NCBI GenBank assembly: GCA_965153455.1
Contig: OZ234493.1
Coordinates: 36,756,213-36,820,212 of the forward strand
Origin: Sphagnum compactum
Taxonomy: Eukaryota
DNA: 64,000 nucleotides
Reading direction: 5' to 3'
Shown: piece after piece, positions 53,604 through 64,000 of the stretch
Position numbering within the stretch: the first letter of the stretch is position 1
Layout: each line of letters begins with the position of its first letter
Notes under the pieces: generated by a model
Seen by the model: only the letters and a program-made list of their open reading frames with translations
What the model was told of the DNA's origin: nothing
Database searches by the model: none
Made by a program: the position numbers and the translations under genes

Positions 53604-56600
53604 TCTGCACTAAATAATCGCACTTAATCCTTGCAAAAAAAACTAACTGTGTAACCATTACAATGCCGACAAAAATGAATAATTAGCATTACGTTGACAA
53701 ATCTATTCGTTGTCGTCATCAACGTCGCCATGCGATTTACAAGTCATAAGCACGTTCGGAGGTGGATTACGGGCAAGATCATCGAGTTCCGGGAAACATC
53801 CTACGTTTATAGGGTGATATAGTTTCATGGAACGTTCATTGTGGCGATCTCATGTGTAAGAATCCAAGTACGCATGGATGATGACATGGTTAACGGTGCC
53901 CAGGTGAACATGGGTGAGAATGTCGGACACTTGCTTTTTGTCGTCATAATTAACCAGGACAAGCAACTTGTGCAGGTCCACGATCAAAATGCGATCATTC
54001 TCGTTATATTCCCATGCCTTGTCTTCTCCGGAGCCTAAAATCGTAAGGATGTGAGATCGAACATGTGAGGGCATGTCCATCAAGTTTATAGCTTTGAATT
54101 TTCCCATCTACAAAAAATAAAATTGTGAGACTCAAAATATTTTGAAACAAATGGACATGAAATTGACACCTCTTACAAGATAAGTGCTAATATAAAACCA
54201 ACAACAATCGACGATCAACACATTGGCATCAAAAGGATTAGAAATAACAAAAAAACCAATTACACACCTTTGAAGACAAACGAGTTTCTGAATAGTGCAC
54301 GGATGGAATAAGGGCTATGCAATTCAAGTATATCAACTGCCCGCCAAAAGAACCTTTGAGTGAATGAGTCAATGTGTCGACTACCCTATGCGACCTTTTA
54401 TATTACTTTGAGTTACCGTGAGGCCTGTTTCATTTGAGACAAGAAATCTTGGCCTACTTACAATGATACTTTCTGGATCAAATCCAAACACCGAAACATT
54501 ACCTACAAAATCAGGGGAAACCTAGGAACATAATCACTTATGAAATGCAAGTACAAGACGTGACATTGTCAAAGGAAAATAACACAAGCGAAAAATCAAA
54601 ATTGATTTTTCAGCCGAGGATTATTAGAGTTTCCTCTTTGCATGTTTTGTTTTGATTTCAACTACTTATTCCATTAAAGGACACGTTGGGTGTGAGGTTT
54701 ATACAGTGATTTTTTAAGGAGACACGCCAGGATCTACAATGGACGTGAAATGCCAAGGGAGTACTTAGGAGGTTGTTTAAAGTCTACTGAAAATAATTTC
54801 ATACAAGATATTGGGAAAAAAAATTTGAAAGGATTCGAATCCATGTCATAATTTCCCCATGAATGTAAGTGATGGCAATCGGTTCATGCGTGTGACCAAT
54901 ATCAAACTTTCTTCCAGGGGATTATTTTTTTTCCACCGTGTTATTACTATACCCATCAGTGCAATATGTTTGACATGCATTTTGTACCAACGTCAAAATC
55001 TATGACAAGGTGGCAACCAACAAAACACGTCGCAACAAGATTTGCGCAAGTGAGTGTTCCCACTACATCGACAATCGAACTTTCATAAGATTCTTTGCGC
55101 TTATTTACTTCCTTTTACATGAGATCTTTGCATTGTGAAGGACAAGCACAAAATCTCTTGCACATTTCTTTCAACCCTAGTTGGTAAAAAATGTTTTGCG
55201 TCGAATCATCCATTTTGATTACGAAGATATTTTGACCACACGGTAAATCTTGCATCCAACGTTTCTGGTCGTTGGATTATTTCTAGAGATATCAACGTAA
55301 TGTTGCCAAAATTTACTCATAAACACAGCATGATTCATGTCGGTCAGAAGGAATAGGACACGGGAGCGGCGCAAAAAATTTTGCAGTCCAAGTTTATCTT
55401 AGAATACAGTTTGTGTTGCAATCCAAATGCTTGTTGGCTCCTGTGCGAACAACAAATTAAACCAAGGGATGTGGTTACATGCAATTACAAATCAAAGCAT
55501 CACGTGGAGGAACTATTGTAACTACCCATAGGAGATGTTGTAAGTACTCTCGAAACAGTTATATATTCAAAAACCAAAATAAACGAAAAAAAAACCCTAT
55601 AATAAAAATAAAAATAAAAATAAAGGTTTTGAAAAGTTACAAATACAAAAAAAGGTTGTAAAAGGAAAAAATAAACAAAAATAAACAACAAAAATTGCAA
55701 GAAGAAAAAAAAGACGAAGAAACTACATTTTAAAAAAAAACTTAAACCCCCAAAATTTATCAAACAACCATATAGAATAAAAAAAAAAAATAAACAACAA
55801 AGAAATGGTTTTTACAAACATTGTAGAAAATGAAAACCACCGATGAAATAAAAAATACGAAACTAACATTTCCGACAAGCATCAAAAATAAAATAGAATC
55901 AAATGGAAAATAATAAAACCAAGGGGAAAGTATCTAAAGAAAACCCACGAAAATGGAAACTGTACAACTCTAAAAAACAAATATTTAGAAAACCCTAAAG
56001 TTTTGCTTCACTTACAACTTTGGAACAGAATTTGACCCATTCGGGATCGTGGTGTCAATTGTTAATGTAGAAAGCCTTGAACATATCACAAAAGGCGGTC
56101 TATTTATGTGACACAAATAAAAAATTCCCTTCTAATTTTTTACTTTCTTACCTTGTCCATAATCAAAATTTGGTAAATTGAATTGTGGATCATTGCAAAA
56201 CTGGCTACATCGCAAAATTGGAAAAATAAATGCTAATGAGGGTTCACAACAACCTTTTTTTAAGGGGAAAAAATTGCCCCCCCAAAAAAAACATCAATCC
56301 GAAATGAGGGATTTTTGCCAATTTGAAATCATCAAAAAGTGAGAGATCAAGGGAAAAAAAAAGGTAAAAATCGCCAAACTCCCATATCTAGGTTTGTAGT
56401 GCGGTAGCCAAACATATAGGAAGAAGATAGATGTATATTTCATATTTGGTGTATGACCACATTTGTTTAAATTTTCTCAGAGAGCGTCACGACCGATTGT
56501 TCTACATTTTCTCGTGGATGACATTCACCACTTTGGCTCCAAAACAAATATTAACTAAAAGAACGCTTGGAAGTAAAACATAAGGGGAAAAGGAAAGTTA

Positions 56601-58004
56601 CAAACTTGGGGGGCATGGGGATGAAGAGGGTTAGAGGTACCAGGCGGGTCAAAAGATGAAAGCTCGTGAATGCGTCTTGTCAAACTTGCAAGATACGCGC
56701 AAAGCCTTGCCCACCAAGCTGTGCCTCTCCACCGCCCCACCAAAAGTTGTGTGCTTACACAATGCCACTATATTCTAGGACCATCTTGTTACTGATTACA
56801 TTGTTTCTAAAGCACATCATAATTTCTAAGGTGTTTCTTCTTTTTTTTCTCATTTGCCAAGTCGCCAACCAAACTTGTTCATAGGGTTTTTAATAGGTAC
56901 ATTTGAGATCATTAATAAATTTTTATCATATATATATATGTATATATTCCTTTTTTTTTCGCATGCGCATTTACAACGAACGTTTCTTTTTAAGGATTAT
57001 GAACAATGTAACATGAATGGCAATCACATCCTTAGGAAGGTTTAATCAAACCCGGCTGTTACACATTAGATATGAAATATAGATCTTGAATCAATTTTTT
57101 AATATTGGTGGCAAATAAGGGGTGGCGTCCATATAGGGTTCAACTCCATAGAATCTAACTTTTCGTGCTTGCGGAGGGAGATTGAATCATAGTTTTACTT
57201 GTAATGTCAGCAAGAGGAATGTGTATATATTTTATCGTTGACACCGTCGAGTGGCAAGCAGCATCGTGGTCGAGTTTTCTTGTTCCTTCCATAAAGGTGA
57301 AAAAATGCAAGAGGCAGATTTCGTATAAAATGGTTTTATTGAGAAATTGGGAAATTTTCTGAAATATACTCATATAAGCCTACGCACAGGTCCCAACATC
57401 CGGAGTTGATGAAGTCAGGGGGCAGTCACAAGAGCTCATCATCGTTATTTGTGATTAGGGTTACGGTCGGACACTTTGTGAGCGATTGTTGTAAGTTATG
57501 GTTGCACCAATTTTCATGTTAGCTTGAAATTGTTCTTGTGCATATGTTTTAAGTAGTGTTTTTCGGAGATAGGTGATTGACACTATATATCCCATCCCCC
57601 CACACTAATCGTACATGGATGATGAACTATAAAATTTAGTAAGATCATTAGTCTGTAAACCCATTTTGTAAGCAAAATGATCAGGGGAAAGGATTGATAG
57701 GATTTTATTTTTTTCCAATTTGGCGAAAAAAATTTGTGGAGTTTTTTTTTCTTGTCGTCGAATTCTCCCAAAAAAAAAAGATTCTAGCCTAAGTTTTAGC
57801 AAGTAGCCAAAAAATTATAGAAAGATGTTAGATTTCTTCTAGCCTCATATTTTTTTGTGTCCAAATCTGACTAAATTGTCTATTGTCAATCGCCACTTCG
57901 GCTACATCACAAAACTTGGAAAAAAAACCCCCTGATATTAGAGTTTTCATTAACGGTGCCAACAAGTTTTGGGAATAAAAGTTTCATGCAGCCAATGGGA
58001 AGGC

Positions 58005-58743
58005 TAACGCGCTCCCAAGTTCCTAGTTAGACCCAAGATGGGTCCAAGTTACTTAAACAACAAAATTGTGAATAAACCCTCCCAACTCTCAGCATTAAAA
58101 GGGGTAGAGGGGCGTGCTAAGGCTCTAGGATGGGACTAGGAAGAGTGACAAGCTTTAGTTACTCATTCGAATCTGCATCAAACCAACTAACAAGTTGGTT
58201 AGTTCACTTTTTGGATCACCTTTAGTGCTAGAACAAGCCATAGGCAACTCTGGACTCACAAGACTCACCACGGCCCGAACTTTAGGGAAGCCACCACCTT
58301 CCCCCATATAGTATTCTTTGCGTCTCTCCGCGGAGCCTACATCCAAATTGCTTTTTGTCTCGGGACTCCCAAGGAGGAGTCCCGAAATTGTCCTGGTTTG
58401 GACTCCCGCAACTTTGTGAGAATATAACTCTTTTTTCAGACCTCCGATTGGAACAAGGTCTCAAGCAAAGTTGTAGCTCTCATTGAGAGCTTTCCAATGG
58501 TGTGTCGCACTTGACCTGCACGCACCGAGGTCGGGTCGATTTCTCACTTTTAGTGGTCGGGAGTCAAACTGACAATTTGACTCCCGGCCTTTCTTTTGGC
58601 CATAACTTGTGCTGCAGATGTCCTAATGGCTCATGTGAGCTCATTTTCGACATCTAAATTTCAGGAGTCCCGGAAGACTCCCAAGTCCCCATTTCGAGAG
58701 TGTGAGTCTCATCCTCACACTCTCTCAAAGTAGGGTTGTGACA
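58005..58743 (-). mobile_element. Older solo LTR with internal deletion
   Basis: TAACGCGCTCCCAAG...GGGTTGTGACA, with flanks AAGGC/AAGGT (TSD with one mismatch). Confidence 0.85.
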
Positions 58744-59813
58744 AAGGTTCAACATGCACTCAAGGTGTCTTTTTTTTTCTTTTAATGTTTTGGGGGGGGG
58801 GAGGGGGGGAAGAGGAAGATTTTTGTCATTTTTCCTTTATTCCAACAGGTTCCCAATGTGTTCCCCATGGGTGTTCCCAATCGCACCTTGCTTTAATCCC
58901 ACATGTTTTGCCCAAAGTCCTCCCCTTCTCACATATATAGGTGGGCAAAAGGGGGAGGACTCCATCTATCCATAGAACCTTTAATTTTTGGGAGCCTTCA
59001 TAGTTTCAACTTTTTTTGTTGCCATGGGCTAATCAAATTCAACAAAAAAAAGTTGGACTTGTGAGGGGTAAAGGTCGAGCCAAAAATGGTGATGAACTCT
59101 TTTGGGAGGAGAAATTTCATGCAGCCAACGAGAAGGCCCAAGCACACACTGAAGGTACTTTGCATTTTTTCTTTTTAAGTTTAGGGGGGCAGGGGATTCA
59201 GAGGAGGATATTTTTTCAGTTTTCCCTGGTTCCCACTATGTTCCCTTTAAGTTCCCAATAAGTTACCATCATGTCCTCAATCTGTTCCTCGAGTTCTCAA
59301 TGTATTCCCCAACATGTTCTCCACAGCACCTCACCTGTAACCCATCTGCTTTGGCACATGTAATACTCCTTCCACATATATAGGTGAGCCAAAGGGGAGG
59401 AACTCAAAATAAAACTTTCTATTTTAATTTTAGGGAGCTTTCGTTGCTTCATTTCTTTTTGAGTGATTAGCCAATCAAATTGGCTTGTTGCCAAAAACAA
59501 ATTGAACTTGGGAGGCGCCTCATCTAATTGATAGGATAGGTGAATAGCAAGGGTGAAACCACTTCCATAGCTATGCATGTGCGTGATATTTAGTTGTCGT
59601 TGTGTGTGCCCCTTGTTCGTGTCATAAAACTCAACTATTGATTTTCTCGCTGTCATATCTCATTGATGTCACACTGACGGACAATTACAAGTCAACCTAT
59701 TTTTGTGTTTTGTATGTTCCAAATGTGTTCCTTATGACTTTCCTAGAACCACCTCTGTTAACCATCCCACCATCTGTTCACTTCGGCTGGGGGCCCTAAA
59801 GGGAAAGGGGGGG

Positions 59814-60636
59814 TGTCGCAACCCCACTTTGAGGCTAAGTTGAGAAATGCAACTCAACACTCCCAAAAGTGGGAGACTTGGAGTCCTCTGGGACTCCCAA
59901 AAACTCAGAGGCAATTACAGGGGGTCAAAACACCTTTCCTTGAAGTGTTCTACATATCAATGGAAAGGTCTTGAAGTGTAGATGTCTAAAATGCCCTTGC
60001 ATTGGCAATTTGGACATTTGCAGCCCAAGTTATGGGCAAAAGAAGGGCCGGGAGTCAAACTGGCAGTTTGACTCTTAACCACTAAAAATCAGGAATCGAC
60101 CTCTTCCCGACGTCTGCAGAAAGAGTGCAATAAGGCGTTGGAAAGCTCTCAAAGAGAGCTACAACTTTGGTTTAGACCTCGTTGCGATCGGACTCCGCAG
60201 TCGGGAGTTATGGCCGTTCAAAGTTTTGGGAGTCTAGCCGGGACAATTTCGGGACTCCATTTCGGGAGTCCCAACAAAATGTGCCATTTGGATGTAGCCT
60301 CGACGGCGAACTGCAGAGTATACTATATAGGGGAAGGTGGTGGCTTCCCTCGAGTCCGGGCCGTGGTGAGTCTTGTGTGTCCAAGTGCCCGTGGCTTGTC
60401 CCAACACTAAAGGGTGTCCCGAATGCTAAACTAACCTCGTGTGGTTGGTTTTTGGATGCAGATTCACACAAGTTAAGCTAGTCCCTCTGCCTAGTCTAAT
60501 CCCTGGGCTCCCAACTCGACCCTCTACCCCTTTTTAGAGTTGGAAGCCGAGAGCATGCCTCTAAGTCTCAATTTTCCGCAACTTGACTTTGTGAAGCCCT
60601 CAAGTGGGTTTCACCCCGTGACTTAGGAGCGCATCA
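59814..60636 (+). mobile_element. Solo LTR inserted in a G-run
   Basis: TGTCGCAACCCCAC...GGAGCGCATCA with GGGGG on both sides. Closely similar to the 61425-62245 LTR. Confidence 0.92.
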
Positions 60637-61206
60637 GGGGGGGGGGCTCCAGCCAATCACGAATTACCTACTCAAACCCTTGCGGACACAATTGTTTTAT
60701 ATAAGTAAGAGGATGAGTTACAGATCCGCATTCCTATTTGTCACACAACCCACTAGCTATTGGTCGATTTAAGGGGGTAGGTATTTTTATTGCAACTTAC
60801 CACGTACTATATATTATAACGAAAAATGCCAAAGAGAATTTTAAGAAAGGGAATCAGAAAAAAAAAACAATCTTTTGTCCCATACCTATATGAATATCAC
60901 AAAAAATGACAAATATCACCCATTTCCTTTATATCGGTTCAACAAAGGATGTGTTTCTTTAGTCGTTATTATGATGAGCATGATATCCCAATCTTTTGGA
61001 GGAGCACGCCACTTTTAGGATGATGGAAGGCGCCTCCACTGACTCTCTTATCATTGGGAGTCATCAAGGCGGTAGTGCTTAACTATCCACATACTACACT
61101 GCAGAGGTACTAATAATAAAAAAACAAAATTTGCATTAAAGAAAGTAAAAGGTTTTACCTGGCCAGAAAATTTACAATTGCTGTACTCAGTGGGTCGATA
61201 ACATAC

Positions 61207-61312
61207 CCTGATCTTTGAAATTGAAACTGAATCCAAGAAACCTTTGATGGTGCTCCACAACATTCTAAAGCCTGGACCTGCATTAATGATGAACATCAGT
61301 AGCAGCAGGGTG
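61207..61312 (-). pseudogene. Isolated SEC14/CRAL-TRIO (SFH-like) exon fragment
   Basis: MFIINAGPGFRMLWSTIKGFLD..SISKIR ends at a GTATGT donor (61206). No neighbouring exons recognised. Confidence 0.75.
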
Positions 61313-61424
61313 ACGGGACCCCCAACCCCCTTCTCCCCTAATTTGTTGGCAAGTTGTTTTTCCCATTTTTGGAAATGATATAAGTTTTTCTCTGTGAAGG
61401 TTATTGCTCAAGCAGTGCACTTAG

Positions 61425-64000
61425 TGTCGCAACCCCACTTTGTCCAAGTGTGGGGGTGAAGCCCAACACTTGGAAAAGTTGGAGGTTTGGAGTCTTCCGG
61501 GACTCCCGAATGTTCAGAGCCCGACAGCAAGGCCCAAAACACCTCACATTGGGGTGTTCTTGGTGTCATTGAAAAGGTCTTGAAACGTAAATATCGAAAA
61601 TGGCCTCGCATTGGCCATTTGGACATCTGAAGCCCAAGTTATAGGCAAAAGAAGGGCCGGGAGTCAAACTGGCAGTTTGACTCCCAACCACTAAATGTCA
61701 GGAATCGACCCTTTGCCGACGTTGCCTCAGGGAGTGCGACATGGCGTTGAAAAGATCTCGACGAGGGCTACAACTTTGGTTCAGACCTTGTCACGATCGG
61801 ATTTCAGAATCGAGAGTTATGACCGTTCAAAGTCCCGGGAGTCCCGCCGGGACAATTTCGGGACTCCATTTCGGGAGTCCCAACAAAATGTGCCATTTGG
61901 ATGTAGCCTCCGTGGTGAGCTGCAGAGATAACTATAAGGGGGAAGGTGGTGGCTTCCCCCAAGTCCGGGCCGTGGTGAGTCAAGTAGTCCGAAGTGCCCG
62001 TGGCTTGTCCCAACACCCAAGGGTGTTCCCGAATGTGAACTAACCCATTTATGGTTGGTTTTGGATGGAGATTCGTGCTTGATCTACTAGTCCATCTTCC
62101 TAGTCTAATCCCAGGGCTCCCAACTCGACCCTCTACCCCTTTCTAGAGTTGGAAGTCGGGAGCGTGCCCCTTGGGTCCCCACTTTCCGCAACTTCACATT
62201 GGTGAACCCTTAAGTGGGTTCACCCCGGGACCAAGGAGCGCGTCACGTGGTATCAGAGCTCAAGGTGAAGCTGAACGACATTTTTGGGATGGCACCCAAG
62301 AAGAACCGGAAGCTAGCCCCAGAGCCTAGGTCCGAGGAGCCCATCGATGACCTAGTAGCCCCGCCGGAATCAATTGGGGAGGAACCAAACTTCCGGGAGG
62401 ACCAAGATGAGCCCGAGGTTGAACCCGAGAGTGAGGAGGAACAACGGAGCTCGGTCCTATTCACCCCGGAGCAACTTGAAATCCTCCTCAAGATGAATAG
62501 GCCCGACTTTGGTGAGTTGGTGGCGGCCCTCAAAACGGGGGCCTCCAAAGGCGAAAGGTTTCAACCGGCCAAGCCCGGGAATTTCGATGGTGCCCGAGAC
62601 CGTAAGGTGGTGGATGCTTGGCTTGCGGAAATAGATGATTATATCCATGCCACCAAGGTTGGACGGAATTTCGCCGTGGAGCTTGCCCAATCCTACTTGA
62701 AAGGCTATGCCGCCACATGGTGGCGGACGGTGAGACAAGAGGAGGGCAAGAACCATGGCTATACGTGGGAGTTTTTCAAGGATCGCATTAAGGCGGAGTT
62801 CATTCCGAGAAACTCCAACTACATCTCAAGGTGCAAACTCCGCGACCTTGTGAATGCCACAAATGAAAATTTGAGGCAATATGTGAGGGCCTATTCCGAA
62901 CTCATGGTGGAGATCCGGCACATGCACGAGTTGGATCGTGTGTGCCAATTCGTGATGGGACTTCCGACTTGGGCCAAGCGAAAGCTTGAGGAGAGTTGGC
63001 CCGCCTCATTATCCGAGGCCATCACGAAAGTGGAGAACTTCTCGGATGTGGGGCGGAGCGACAAATCCGGGTTCAAGAAGGACAACAAGTTCCTTCACAA
63101 AAAGCCAAGGCATGAGGGGGAATGGAACCGGGGGCAAGGTAGCCCAACCAAGGATAAGCCAAAACAATTCCAAGGCTCGGGGTTCAAGCCAAATGGTAGC
63201 TTTGTGAAAAAAGGGGCTCCTTTCAAAGGGAGCCAAACTAAGGGAGACTTTGGAGCAAAGCCCAAGGGTGCATGTTTCAATTGCAACGAGGTGGGGCATT
63301 ACTCCAAAGATTGTCCCAAATCCAAAACGGGGGTTGGGAGCTCTAAGGTACTTGCTCTCAATGCCACTTTAGCCCAACCGGAATGCAATCGACTTATATT
63401 CTTGAAAGGGAAGATTGCTAAACGAGAAATCTTATGTCTTTTGGACACAGGGGCCTCCCACAACTTCATAACTCGGGAGAGCGCCGAAAGGATGGAGCTC
63501 CACTTGGAGGAGCTCAAGGCACCCATTGAGATGCATTTCGCGGATGGGGTTCCCCATCCAACTACACTACAAGCAAAGGGAGTGCCTCTCCTATTGGGAA
63601 ATTGGAGAGGAAAGGTGAACTTGTTGGTTTCCACCTTGGGTGGAATGGATTGCGTTCTCGGAATGGAGTTCATCACCCAAAACAATGTGCTCATAGAAGG
63701 GCACAATAGGTTGGTTAGAATCCCATCTAAAAGTGGGATTGTACGAGTTAAGGCACATGAGTTGCCTTGTGTGGGTGGTTCGACCATCCACTTCATGTTA
63801 GGAAAAGCTTGGGAAAGAGAATGCGTGGGGGGTTTCGGCATGATGTGTGTCATGCGGGTGTTGGACGAATATGAGCCCGAGGGAGCCACCAAGTTGGTGA
63901 CTTCCGCCAAGTGCATAAAGCAAGTCTTACAAGAGTTCCCGGATGTGATGCCCGAAGACTTGCCCGAAGACTTGCCCCCGAGAAGACGAGTTGATCATGC
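61425..64000 (+). mobile_element. 5' part of a second Galadriel-like gypsy element (5' LTR 61425-62245, PBS 62248-62259)
   Basis: TG..CA LTR, TGGTATCAGAGC PBS, and a gag homologous to the element at 43-50 kb. Confidence 0.95.
62289..64000 (+). CDS. gag-protease(-pol) polyprotein, apparently open to the window end
   Basis: [60 protein letters not shown]. The start and end lie in the same frame. Probably absent from the ORF track because it has no stop in the window. Confidence 0.85.
   Translation, partial: MAPKKNRKLAPEPRSEEPIDDLVAPPESIGEEPNFREDQDEPEVEPESEEEQRSSVLFTPEQLEILLKMNRPDFGELVAALKTGASKGERFQPAKPGNFDGARDRKVVDAWLAEIDDYIHATKVGRNFAVELAQSYLKGYAATWWRTVRQEEGKNHGYTWEFFKDRIKAEFIPRNSNYISRCKLRDLVNATNENLRQYVRAYSELMVEIRHMHELDRVCQFVMGLPTWAKRKLEESWPASLSEAITKVENFSDVGRSDKSGFKKDNKFLHKKPRHEGEWNRGQGSPTKDKPKQFQGSGFKPNGSFVKKGAPFKGSQTKGDFGAKPKGACFNCNEVGHYSKDCPKSKTGVGSSKVLALNATLAQPECNRLIFLKGKIAKREILCLLDTGASHNFITRESAERMELHLEELKAPIEMHFADGVPHPTTLQAKGVPLLLGNWRGKVNLLVSTLGGMDCVLGMEFITQNNVLIEGHNRLVRIPSKSGIVRVKAHELPCVGGSTIHFMLGKAWERECVGGFGMMCVMRVLDEYEPEGATKLVTSAKCIKQVLQEFPDVMPEDLPEDLPPRRRVDH

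Overview
This is eukaryotic plant nuclear DNA, most likely from a moss. A Sphagnum-like origin is inferred from the PLS-PPR style and the LTR families; it is not proven. The window is mostly transposon debris: nested CACTA elements, two decayed hAT transposases, a Tat/Athila-like gypsy remnant, one near-complete chromodomain Ty3/gypsy element (43386-50585), the 5' part of a second one (61425 to the window end) and five solo LTRs. The best signal is a PLS-class PPR-E1-E2-DYW editing-factor gene (16029-18757, minus strand). It carries an N-terminal OSB-type 'PDF' single-stranded-DNA-binding motif directly after a mitochondrial-like presequence. A second, decayed gene at about 42.0-43.4 kb has the same PDF-linker-PPR architecture, which points to a family of PDF-PPR(-DYW) fusions. 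The window also holds pseudogenes of a SUT4-like sucrose transporter, a five-bladed beta-propeller glycosidase-like protein that the ORF track misses, two FCP1/HAD-like domains, and an orphan SEC14 exon. All calls were made by eye; no searches were run.
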